From NCBI GenBank assembly GCA_041650935.1, contig JBAZKH010000001.1, positions 73,243-137,242 of the forward strand: 64,000 nt of DNA, given 5' to 3'. Shown piece by piece: positions 38,650 to 47,081 of this stretch. The notes beneath the pieces are model-generated. The model ran no database searches and had not been told where the DNA came from. It worked only from the letters and a program-made list of their open reading frames with translations. The DNA is from Candidatus Omnitrophota bacterium. Lineage in GTDB: Bacteria; Omnitrophota; Gorgyraeia; 2-01-FULL-45-10. Made by a program: the position numbers and the translations under genes. Positions within the stretch are counted from its first letter, which is position 1; each line of letters starts with the position of its first letter.

Positions 38650-39718
38650 CTGCGACATAATAATTCCGGTCTGGAACGAGCCGGATGTTACCAGGGAGTG
38701 CATAGATTCTATAGCCCGGCATACGCATTATCCTTACAGGCTGGTCGTGATAGACAACGCGAGCGCGGAACCCGCGCGGAGTTATCTGGCGGGCCTGAAA
38801 CGCCGGGGCGATATGACAGTGGAGCTCATAAGGAACGAAACGAATCTGGGTTTCGTGAAGGCCGTGAACCAGGGGATAAGGTTTTCGGACGCGCCTTATA
38901 TATGTATCATGAATAACGATACCATCGCCACGGACGGCTGGCTGGAAGCGATGATAAAGGCGATGGAGACCAACTCCGGCGTCGGTCTGATAAACCCGAC
39001 GAGCAATACATTCAGCCACTATCCGGACGATAACGAAACGATAGATGAATATGCCGCCAGGCTGCGTCTTTTTAGCGATGCCATACAGGAGCTGCATTGC
39101 TGCCGCTTCTTCTGCACCGTTATAAAACGCGAGATCCTGGAAAAACTGGGGCCGCTGGACGAGATCTACCATCTCGGCTATTTCGACGACACCGACTATT
39201 GCAAGAGGGCCCAGGCCCTGGGCTACAGGACCGCCCGCGCGAAGAGCGCATACGTCTACCATAAAGAGAATACGACTTTCAAAAAGCTCGCCGACAATAG
39301 CGCCCTATTCAAGGCAAACGAAAATATATTCCTCAAGCGATGGGGCCGGCACGTAAGGGTGGGCTACTTTGTAGATAAAGTAAGATCGCGGGAGCGCATA
39401 GAGGCTATCGCCATAGATGTGGCAAGGCGCGGCCACCAGGTATTCATCTTTATAAAAAAAGGTCTGGAGTGGCCGGTGGGTCTGGACCACTACAATATAG
39501 TAAAGGTAGAGGTCAGCCCGCGCCTCTTCGGCATCGTCTCGCTCTATAAGATACTTAAAAGAAAGAAGAAGAAGGCCCTGGAGATACTTTTGACGGACAA
39601 TCCTCTATTCGGCGCTGTACTGAATATTTTAAAGTTCCTTCACGGGGCCGATCTGTTTGTAAGCGCCGGAAAAGAGGAACTTGTGGATAGGCTTAAAGAG
39701 AGGTCGAGTGTATTCTGA
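38636..39718 (+). CDS. GT2 domain + C-terminal extension (paralog D of 4)
   Basis: ATG 38636 gives MKANSCDIIIPVWNEPDVTRECIDSI...VIDNASAEP...TNLGFVKAVNQG; LKRWGRHVRVGYFVDKV extension. Confidence 0.7.
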   Translation: MKANSCDIIIPVWNEPDVTRECIDSIARHTHYPYRLVVIDNASAEPARSYLAGLKRRGDMTVELIRNETNLGFVKAVNQGIRFSDAPYICIMNNDTIATDGWLEAMIKAMETNSGVGLINPTSNTFSHYPDDNETIDEYAARLRLFSDAIQELHCCRFFCTVIKREILEKLGPLDEIYHLGYFDDTDYCKRAQALGYRTARAKSAYVYHKENTTFKKLADNSALFKANENIFLKRWGRHVRVGYFVDKVRSRERIEAIAIDVARRGHQVFIFIKKGLEWPVGLDHYNIVKVEVSPRLFGIVSLYKILKRKKKKALEILLTDNPLFGAVLNILKFLHGADLFVSAGKEELVDRLKERSSVF

Positions 39719-39779
39719 AAAAATAGGAGACAATTTAAATGGTAAATACAGGTATTAGTATAACCAGAGAAGGTGCTGA

Positions 39780-40481
39780 ATGTCTGGCGATATAAGCTTA
39801 TCGGTTGTTATGCCGGTTTATAATGAAAAAGAGTACGTCCTGAAGATCATCGACAGGGTCCTTGCGCTCGATATGGTAAAAGAGCTCATAGCGGTCGACG
39901 ACTATTCGACGGACGGGACGCGCGAGCTTCTCGAGAGCACGAAGTTCGACGGGCGGGTCAAGTGCCTTTATCACGACAAGAACATGGGGAAAGGCGCCGC
40001 CCTGCGCACAGGATTTGCGCAGACGACAAAAGATGTGGTCGTGGTGCAGGACGCGGACCTGGAATACGATCCGGACGAATTCAAAGAGATGATAAAACCC
40101 ATAGCGGCGGGCCAGGCGGACGTCGTATACGGCTCGAGGCTCTCCGGCGGCAGGCCGCAGAGGGTATATATGTTCTGGCACAGGATAGGGAACGACTTCC
40201 TATCATTTGTCACGAATCTTCTGTATAATTCCACCCTCACCGACATGGAGACCTGCTACAAGATGTTCAGGAAGGGCGTTATAGATAATATCAGGATAAA
40301 GTCAAACGATTTTTCCGTAGAGCCGGAGCTGACGGCCAAGATACTGAAAGATAAGCGGCTAAGGGTCTACGAGGTGCCGATCTCTTATTACGGCAGGACG
40401 TATGCCGAGGGTAAGAAGATATCGTGGCGGCACGGTTTCGGCGCCATCTGGGCGCTTTTAAAGTACAGGTTCGTAAATTAA
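39780..40481 (+). CDS. GT2 polyprenyl-phosphate glycosyltransferase-like (DPM1/GtrB-like, short form)
   Basis: LSVVMPVYNEKEYV...AVDDYSTDGT...VQDADLEYDP. Confidence 0.7.
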   Translation: MSGDISLSVVMPVYNEKEYVLKIIDRVLALDMVKELIAVDDYSTDGTRELLESTKFDGRVKCLYHDKNMGKGAALRTGFAQTTKDVVVVQDADLEYDPDEFKEMIKPIAAGQADVVYGSRLSGGRPQRVYMFWHRIGNDFLSFVTNLLYNSTLTDMETCYKMFRKGVIDNIRIKSNDFSVEPELTAKILKDKRLRVYEVPISYYGRTYAEGKKISWRHGFGAIWALLKYRFVN

Positions 40482-40482
40482 G

Positions 40483-41862
40483 ATGAAGATACTTTTGTTA
40501 AAACCGTTCAACAAGAGCGACCATATCCAGCCGTCGCTGGGCCTCGGGTACCTGGCGGAGTCCGTCCGCAGGGACCATGAGGTGATGATACTCGACTGTA
40601 TCAAGGATAAAATCAGCGTTGATAAATTGGAAGGTGTGCTGAAGCGCTGCAGGCCGGACGTTCTCGGTATGCAGTGCTATACCTTCGACCTGAATTTCAT
40701 CGATGCCGCGCTGGTGTCCGCGAAGGCATTCGATAAAAATATCGTTACCGTAACGGGCGGTCCGCATCCCTCGGCAGCCGCGGCGGAGATGATGGATATG
40801 TTCCGGGGCCGGCTAGACTTTGCTTTCTCAGGCGAGGCGGAAATAGGATTCCCGAAACTTTTGGATTGCCTGAAGAACGGCGGCAGGAATTTTGACGGTG
40901 TGCCGGGGCTTATGTGGAGAGAGGGCGCGGTATTGAAGTCGAATCCGAAGACGGTCTCTGAGGACCTTGACAATATCCCGATGCCCGCCTGGGACCTTAT
41001 CCGTCCCGAGACGTACCCGGAGTCACAGCACGGAGCTTTCTTCAAACAGTTCCCGATAGCGCCCATCATGATAACGCGGGGATGCCCTTACCCGTGCACC
41101 TTCTGCGCCGGGGGAACGGTCTCCGGAAAGAAGGTCAGGCACAGGTCCATCGATAATGTGTTAAAGGAGCTCATCTACCTTAATAAGGAGCGCGGGATCA
41201 AAGAATTTCATGTCATCGATGATAATTTCACCATGGATATGGGTTACGCCAAAGAATTCCTGCGCAGGCTGAAAGCCTTAAACCTCGGCATGACCTGGGC
41301 GGTCCCGAACGGCGTCCGGATGGATGCTCTCGACGACGAACTTCTGAAGCTTATGAAGGAGACGGGGTTGTATATGATTTCTTTAGGGATAGAATCCGGC
41401 TCCGACAAGGTCCTGCGCGACATGAAGAAGAGCCTTACGATATCTAAGATAAAGGAATGCGTGAAAAGGATAAACGACGGCGGTATAGACGTCTCCGGCT
41501 TCTTCATACTCGGATTTCCCGGAGAGACCGAGGAGTCGATAAGAGATACCATACGTCTTTCGCTTGAACTGAAGCTCGTCAGGGCCAACTTCTTCACATA
41601 TCTTCCTTTCCCGGGGTCCGAAAGCTATGAGCGATTGCGCGCCGAAAATAAACTTAAAGGGATAGACTGGAACAACTTCTATTTCATGACCGCCTCCTAT
41701 GCGCCCGACGGAATGACAAGGGCGCGGCTCAAGAATCTGCAGCGTTTCGCTTTCGCCAGGTTCTATCTCCGCCCGCGTATCATCGCGTATAACATTATGT
41801 CTATACAGTCGTTTAGACATTTTCTGTTTCTATTCAAGAGGTTCTTCCGATGGCTCGCTTAA
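40483..41862 (+). CDS. B12-binding domain radical SAM enzyme (class B), paralog 3
   Basis: MKILLLKP B12-binding-like N-domain; TRGCPYPCTFCAG. Confidence 0.8.
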   Translation: MKILLLKPFNKSDHIQPSLGLGYLAESVRRDHEVMILDCIKDKISVDKLEGVLKRCRPDVLGMQCYTFDLNFIDAALVSAKAFDKNIVTVTGGPHPSAAAAEMMDMFRGRLDFAFSGEAEIGFPKLLDCLKNGGRNFDGVPGLMWREGAVLKSNPKTVSEDLDNIPMPAWDLIRPETYPESQHGAFFKQFPIAPIMITRGCPYPCTFCAGGTVSGKKVRHRSIDNVLKELIYLNKERGIKEFHVIDDNFTMDMGYAKEFLRRLKALNLGMTWAVPNGVRMDALDDELLKLMKETGLYMISLGIESGSDKVLRDMKKSLTISKIKECVKRINDGGIDVSGFFILGFPGETEESIRDTIRLSLELKLVRANFFTYLPFPGSESYERLRAENKLKGIDWNNFYFMTASYAPDGMTRARLKNLQRFAFARFYLRPRIIAYNIMSIQSFRHFLFLFKRFFRWLA

Positions 41863-42254
41863 TAGTATTCTATGCCGTCTTTGCGGCCTGGGTAGTGATG
41901 TGGGGATGGTTTCTGGTCAGGGAGGTCTTTGTCAAGGGCGCCATAAAGGATTATAAGGTGCTTATTTCGCGGCCCCTGGAAGGAAGACGCGCGTATGTCA
42001 CGAAGGACAACCTGTATGAGTTCCTGACCTTTTGCAGGGAGAATCTGCCGCGGGATTCCAGTTATAGTCTGGTAGGGCCGGAACCGGGGGCGATAGAAAG
42101 GGTGAGGGCCGTGTACTATCTCTATCCCAGGATCGAATCTACGGATCCGCAATATATACTTGTTTATGGTACGCCCGGCGTCGGGCATGAAGGATATCGC
42201 CTTATCAAAAAGCTCGACGATTCCCGGTATATGCTTAAAAAGATAGAAGGATGA
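41850..42254 (+). CDS. Small hypothetical protein with N-terminal TM helix
   Basis: 134 aa; LIVFYAVFAAWVVMWGWFLV hydrophobic N-terminus; no family recognised. Overlaps the upstream gene by 13 nt (operonic). Confidence 0.4.
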   Translation: MARLIVFYAVFAAWVVMWGWFLVREVFVKGAIKDYKVLISRPLEGRRAYVTKDNLYEFLTFCRENLPRDSSYSLVGPEPGAIERVRAVYYLYPRIESTDPQYILVYGTPGVGHEGYRLIKKLDDSRYMLKKIEG

Positions 42255-42260
42255 TATAAC

Positions 42261-43646
42261 TTGGCGCTATTGAATTTATCGACGGCAATACTCTTTATCA
42301 TATTCGCAGGCGCGAATATGCTCTGCCTTATCTTCCGCCGCGCGGATACGGGCCTTTCGATGGCGGAGAAGTTAGCCATGGCCTACGGCCTGGGCATAGG
42401 TTTTATAAGTCTCGAGATGCTGGCGCTGTCATTATTAAAGATGCGTTTTACATTCTTTAATATTGCCGCGCCGTGGCTCGTTATCCTGATCGCCAATGTC
42501 ATTCTGTTATCGAAGAAAGCCCCCGGGCATAGTATTAAGCCGGACCTGTCCGCTAAAGATGACAGTAAAATCCTCGTCCTTAAAATTGTATTGCAGGCCG
42601 GGATCGCCCTCGAAATTTTTTACGCGTTCTTCAGGGCCCTGATAAAACCGATAGAGTCTTATGATGCCGTTGCGATCTATGCGATAAAATCAAAAATATT
42701 CTATCTTGCAGGGATCATCCCGTCGGACTACTTCACGGCGCTTGCAAAACATTTCCCGCATCCCGACTACCCGCTCAACATACCTCTTATCGAGACGTTC
42801 ATTTACCTGACGCTGGCTAGCCTCAACGATGCGCTGGTAAAGATCGTATTCCCTTTGTATTTCATCGGGACGCTTGCGATGCTCTATTTTGCGGTCAGGC
42901 GGTTTGCCAATAGTAACTACGCGCTCATATTTACTTTTATGCTGGCGACCATCCCGCAGTTCAACGCTTACGCCTGCAATGCGTATATCGATCTTCCGCT
43001 GGCATTTTACTGCTTCACGAGCGCCATATTCTTATTCGAGTACTTCAGGGACAGGACCAGGATTCACTTTATGGTATTGTCAGCCGTTATGGCGGCCCTG
43101 GCAGGCTGGACGAAAAACGAGGGGTTGATGTATTGTGCGGCGTATATCGTTACCATGATCATATATTTTGCCTTTAATCTTAAGAAGAGTTCCGTAAAGG
43201 ATATCATCTCCGCGCTCCTATATGTCATTATAATAGCGGCGATATCGGTCCCGTGGCTCTTGATCAAAAAGATTTTCGGCCTGGTCAATAACGATATGGG
43301 CCTGATGGATATGAGCCCGGCGTCCCTGGTTAACAATATCTATAAGCTCGGACCTATCTTCTACGAATTCCAGAAAGAGCTGTTCGGTCCGAAGAAATGG
43401 AACATATTTTGGGCGGCGGCGGCCTGTATCTTCATAATCCGCATTAAAGCCGCGTTCAGCGGGCACCGGCGATATGTTACGATAACGCTCTTCCTTATTA
43501 TATCCGGTTACGTCCTGGCATATATGGTCTCTCCTATAGATATAAGGTTTTTCCTCGCCAAGACGTGGAGCAGGTTTTTGGTGCAGTTTCTCCCCATTGC
43601 TGTTTACTGGCTGGCTCTTATGTTAAAGGACGATATTGATCTATGA
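42261..43646 (+). CDS. Polytopic integral membrane protein (possible GT-C-type glycosyltransferase)
   Basis: TTG start; at least 11 TM segments; sits downstream of a DPM1-like GT2. Confidence 0.45.
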   Translation: MALLNLSTAILFIIFAGANMLCLIFRRADTGLSMAEKLAMAYGLGIGFISLEMLALSLLKMRFTFFNIAAPWLVILIANVILLSKKAPGHSIKPDLSAKDDSKILVLKIVLQAGIALEIFYAFFRALIKPIESYDAVAIYAIKSKIFYLAGIIPSDYFTALAKHFPHPDYPLNIPLIETFIYLTLASLNDALVKIVFPLYFIGTLAMLYFAVRRFANSNYALIFTFMLATIPQFNAYACNAYIDLPLAFYCFTSAIFLFEYFRDRTRIHFMVLSAVMAALAGWTKNEGLMYCAAYIVTMIIYFAFNLKKSSVKDIISALLYVIIIAAISVPWLLIKKIFGLVNNDMGLMDMSPASLVNNIYKLGPIFYEFQKELFGPKKWNIFWAAAACIFIIRIKAAFSGHRRYVTITLFLIISGYVLAYMVSPIDIRFFLAKTWSRFLVQFLPIAVYWLALMLKDDIDL

Positions 43647-44203
43647 GGCCGATCTTTGTAGACAGGGATGGAGTTATAAACAAGGATCCGGGCGGCTGGA
43701 CGGAGCATAGTTACGTTACAAAGTGGGCGGAGTTCCGTTTTCTACCCGGCGCGAAAGAGGCGTTAAAACTGCTTACCGATAACGGGTATGATATAATCAT
43801 AATCTCGAACCAGGGCGGAGTCAGCAAAAAATTCTTTTCGCAGGATGCTCTGAATGCCGTAACCGGTAAGATGCTTGAGGAGCTTGCGAGCGCCGGGGCG
43901 CGGGTGAAGAAGGTATATTACTGTATCCACCATGATAAGGATAATTGCGATTGCCGTAAGCCCAAGATAGGCATGTTTATCCAGGCGGAAAAGGATTTTG
44001 GGATAAAGGCTAAAGGGTGCTACTTTATCGGCGACGGGCGGATGGATGTCGAGGCTGGTTCGAGGGCGGGTCTGAAGACGCTGCTTGTTCTCAGCGGGAA
44101 GTCGTCGCCGGCGGACGTGGAGACGTGGGAGACGCGGCCGGATCACACATTTGAAGGTTTGACGGAAGCTGTTGAATTTGTTCTGAGGGGAGAAACAAAA
44201 TGA
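43643..44203 (+). CDS. gmhB: D,D-heptose 1,7-bisphosphate phosphatase (HAD family)
   Basis: MRPIFVDRDGVIN (DxDGV HAD motif I), ITNQGG-like IISNQGG, and the CxC zinc motif CDCRKPK typical of GmhB. Confidence 0.75.
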   Translation: MRPIFVDRDGVINKDPGGWTEHSYVTKWAEFRFLPGAKEALKLLTDNGYDIIIISNQGGVSKKFFSQDALNAVTGKMLEELASAGARVKKVYYCIHHDKDNCDCRKPKIGMFIQAEKDFGIKAKGCYFIGDGRMDVEAGSRAGLKTLLVLSGKSSPADVETWETRPDHTFEGLTEAVEFVLRGETK

Positions 44204-45237
44204 GAATTCTTGTAACGGGCGGGGCGGGTATGGTCGGCAGCCACACCGCGGAATATTATGCCTCGAGACAGGCGGAAGTCGTCGTCCTCGATAACCTTAT
44301 GCGCTCGCAGTTATTCGAGTACGACAAGAGGAGCGTGGAGTATAACTGGAATTATCTCAAACAATACAGGAATATCAAGCGTATACGGGGCGATGTCAGG
44401 GACAAGCGCGACGTACTTGCGGCCATAGGTAAGGGCGTCGATCTCTGCATCCACACGGCGGGTCAGCCGGGCGTCGGGCTCTCTATCAAAGAGCCGCTCG
44501 AGGATTTCAGCATAAATGCCTTCGGGACCCTAAATGTTCTCGAGGCTCTGAGACAGAGATCTAAAGAGGCGTGTTTTATATATTGCTCGACCAATAAGGT
44601 GTTCGGCGAAAACGTAGATAAGATAAAACTGGCCGAGAAGGAGAAGCGGTATATATTTGCCGGAGGCGAGAGCGTGAAAGAGGAGATGCCGGTAGATCTG
44701 ACCGGCCACACGCCTTACGGGGCGAGCAAATACACGGGCGATATCTATGCCCAGGAGTATGCGCGCATATACGGGATGAAGACGGCGGTCTTCAGGATGA
44801 GCTGTATATATGGGACTAGGCAATTCGGATTCGAGGACCAGGGATGGATAGCCCATTTTGTAATATCGAATCTGTTGAACCGCCCGGTGACGATCTATGG
44901 CGACGGTAAGCAGGTGAGGGACATGCTATATGTCGAGGATCTCGTCGCGGCATACGATAAATTTTTTCGGAGTACCGTTAAACATAATGTTTATAACATA
45001 GGCGGAGGCGCGGAGAATACGACGTCGCTTTTGGAGCTTATAGAAACTATAGAAGGCCTGACCGGTATCAAGATGGTATATAAATTCGGAGACTGGAGGC
45101 CGTCGGACCAGCGGGTCTACATTTCGGACATATCGAAAGTATCCGGCCAGCTCGATTGGCTGCCGAAAATCACACCCTCTTACGGGGTGAAACTGTTAAC
45201 GGAATGGGTCAAAGACAACATAAGGATATTTAAATGA
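44200..45237 (+). CDS. NAD-dependent sugar epimerase/dehydratase (SDR)
   Basis: ILVTGGAGMVGSH; CSTNKVFGE; YGASKYTGD. Confidence 0.8.
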   Translation: MRILVTGGAGMVGSHTAEYYASRQAEVVVLDNLMRSQLFEYDKRSVEYNWNYLKQYRNIKRIRGDVRDKRDVLAAIGKGVDLCIHTAGQPGVGLSIKEPLEDFSINAFGTLNVLEALRQRSKEACFIYCSTNKVFGENVDKIKLAEKEKRYIFAGGESVKEEMPVDLTGHTPYGASKYTGDIYAQEYARIYGMKTAVFRMSCIYGTRQFGFEDQGWIAHFVISNLLNRPVTIYGDGKQVRDMLYVEDLVAAYDKFFRSTVKHNVYNIGGGAENTTSLLELIETIEGLTGIKMVYKFGDWRPSDQRVYISDISKVSGQLDWLPKITPSYGVKLLTEWVKDNIRIFK

Positions 45238-45238
45238 C

Positions 45239-45270
45239 CCCGTACCACTCACTTCGTTCGGGTACGGGGC
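45239..45270 (+). terminator. GC-rich hairpin (terminator or attenuator-like, no U-tract)
   Basis: CCCCGTACC-[actcacttcgttcg]-GGTACGGGG, a perfect 9-bp stem, immediately after the stop at 45237. Confidence 0.35.
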
Positions 45271-45288
45271 ACGGAAAGGAGCAGTTGA

Positions 45289-46416
45289 GTGAAGAAGATA
45301 TTGATCCTTTATGCGACGGCGGGGATAGGCCATAAGAAAGCGGCCATAGCGGTAAAGACGGCGTTCGACGAATTGAATATCAGCGGCTGTGAAGTGACGC
45401 TTGCGGATGCGCTCGATTACACCAACGCCTTCTTTAAATGGTCATATCTCAAGGCATATCTTCTTATGGTAAATAAGCTTCCGACATTCTGGGGATTTTC
45501 CTACTATCTTACGGATAATTTTTACGCGAACCTTATAATATCGAAACTGCGCCGGTTCAATAACTGGCTGAATTCGGGAAAGCTGACGAAGTATCTTATC
45601 GCCGAGAACCCGGACGTGGTCATATCTACGCATTTCTTCGCGACCGAGGTGATATCGGAGCTGAAGAAAGCCGGCCGGTTAAACTCAAAACTCGTCACGG
45701 TCGTTACCGATTACAGGCTCCACTCATGGTGGGTTGCCGGCCATAGCGATATGTATGTAGTTGCGGGCCGGGACGCGTATGACGATCTTGTGCGATGGGG
45801 CATAGATAAGTCCAGGATAAAGATACTAGGCATTCCCGTCGAGCCGGTATTCGCGCGGCAGCTTGACAGGGCGAAGATATTGCAGACGACGGGGCTCAAA
45901 GATAAGATCTTTACAGTCCTGGTTATAGGCGGCGGGTTCGGCGTCGGCCCGATAGAGGATATAATTAAGACGATAGGTAATATTCCGCAACCTATACAGG
46001 TCGTGACGATCTGCGGACACAATGAAGAACTGGCCAGGAAACTGGAGGCCCTGAAGCCGTCGCTTAAATCCGATATAAAGGTATTTGGTTTCGTCAACAA
46101 TGTCTATGAATATATGAATATAGCGGACCTTCTTATTTCGAAGTCCGGAGGTATCACGGTCTCCGAGAGCCTGGCCAGGGAACTGCCGATGGTAATAATA
46201 GCTCCGATCATGGGCCAGGAGACGAGGAATAGCGACTATCTCATAAGACACGGCGCAGCGGTCAAGATCGCGAAGGCCTCTGACCTGAAAGAGGTCGTAG
46301 AGTATCTGGTGCTCCACCCGGAGCGGATGGCGGCAATGAAAGAGGCCATTCGTGCTATAAGGAAGCCGGCGGCCTGTTACGATATTGCGAAATTGTCGGT
46401 CGATATATGCGGATAG
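45289..46416 (+). CDS. GT28-like glycosyltransferase (MGDG synthase / UgtP / MurG-like)
   Basis: GTG start after AAGGAG. ILILYATAGIGHKKAA resembles the UgtP/MGD N-terminus. C-terminal GG(I/F)TVSESLARELPMVI. Confidence 0.6.
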   Translation: MKKILILYATAGIGHKKAAIAVKTAFDELNISGCEVTLADALDYTNAFFKWSYLKAYLLMVNKLPTFWGFSYYLTDNFYANLIISKLRRFNNWLNSGKLTKYLIAENPDVVISTHFFATEVISELKKAGRLNSKLVTVVTDYRLHSWWVAGHSDMYVVAGRDAYDDLVRWGIDKSRIKILGIPVEPVFARQLDRAKILQTTGLKDKIFTVLVIGGGFGVGPIEDIIKTIGNIPQPIQVVTICGHNEELARKLEALKPSLKSDIKVFGFVNNVYEYMNIADLLISKSGGITVSESLARELPMVIIAPIMGQETRNSDYLIRHGAAVKIAKASDLKEVVEYLVLHPERMAAMKEAIRAIRKPAACYDIAKLSVDICG

Positions 46417-47081
46417 AAGGGTTGGAACCTATAATATCATCCATTAAATCTTACCTGGAGCTGGAACGCTCAACGGGGATCGAAGAGTTTTTTTTCGCCT
46501 CACCGGAAGGTAATGCCGCGAAAGGAACCGCCTCACCGGATGCTCTCGCGGCTCTAAAAAAAGAGGTGCTCGGCTGTCAGGAGTGCGATCTGTGCCGGAC
46601 GCGGACCAATGTCGTCTTCGGCGCAGGCAACCCAAAAGCGAAGCTCATGTTTGTAGGAGAGGCGCCTGGCCAGGAAGAAGATAAACAGGGGCTGCCGTTT
46701 GTGGGCCGCGCAGGACAGCTATTAACCAAGATAATCGAGGCGATGGGCCTGAAGCGCCAGGATGTATACATCGCCAATATACTGAAGTGCCGCCCGCCCA
46801 ACAACCGTCCGCCGCTTCCCGCCGAGATACTCGCCTGCCGGGATAATGTAAAACGGCAGGTGGAGATAATAAAACCCCGCGTGATATGTACGCTGGGGAA
46901 GTTTGCCAGCCAGACGCTCCTTGCCAAGGAGACGCCTATTTCGGCCCTGAGGGGAAATTTCTATGAATATAACGGCATAAAAGTTATGCCGACCTTTCAT
47001 CCTGCTTACCTTTTAAGAAATCCCGAAGACAAGCGGCTGGTCTGGCAGGACATGAAGAAAGTGATGAAAGAGTTGAAGTGA
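46407..47081 (+). CDS. Uracil-DNA glycosylase, family 4
   Basis: [50 protein letters not shown] is the family-4 UDG signature. Confidence 0.8.
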   Translation: MRIEGLEPIISSIKSYLELERSTGIEEFFFASPEGNAAKGTASPDALAALKKEVLGCQECDLCRTRTNVVFGAGNPKAKLMFVGEAPGQEEDKQGLPFVGRAGQLLTKIIEAMGLKRQDVYIANILKCRPPNNRPPLPAEILACRDNVKRQVEIIKPRVICTLGKFASQTLLAKETPISALRGNFYEYNGIKVMPTFHPAYLLRNPEDKRLVWQDMKKVMKELK

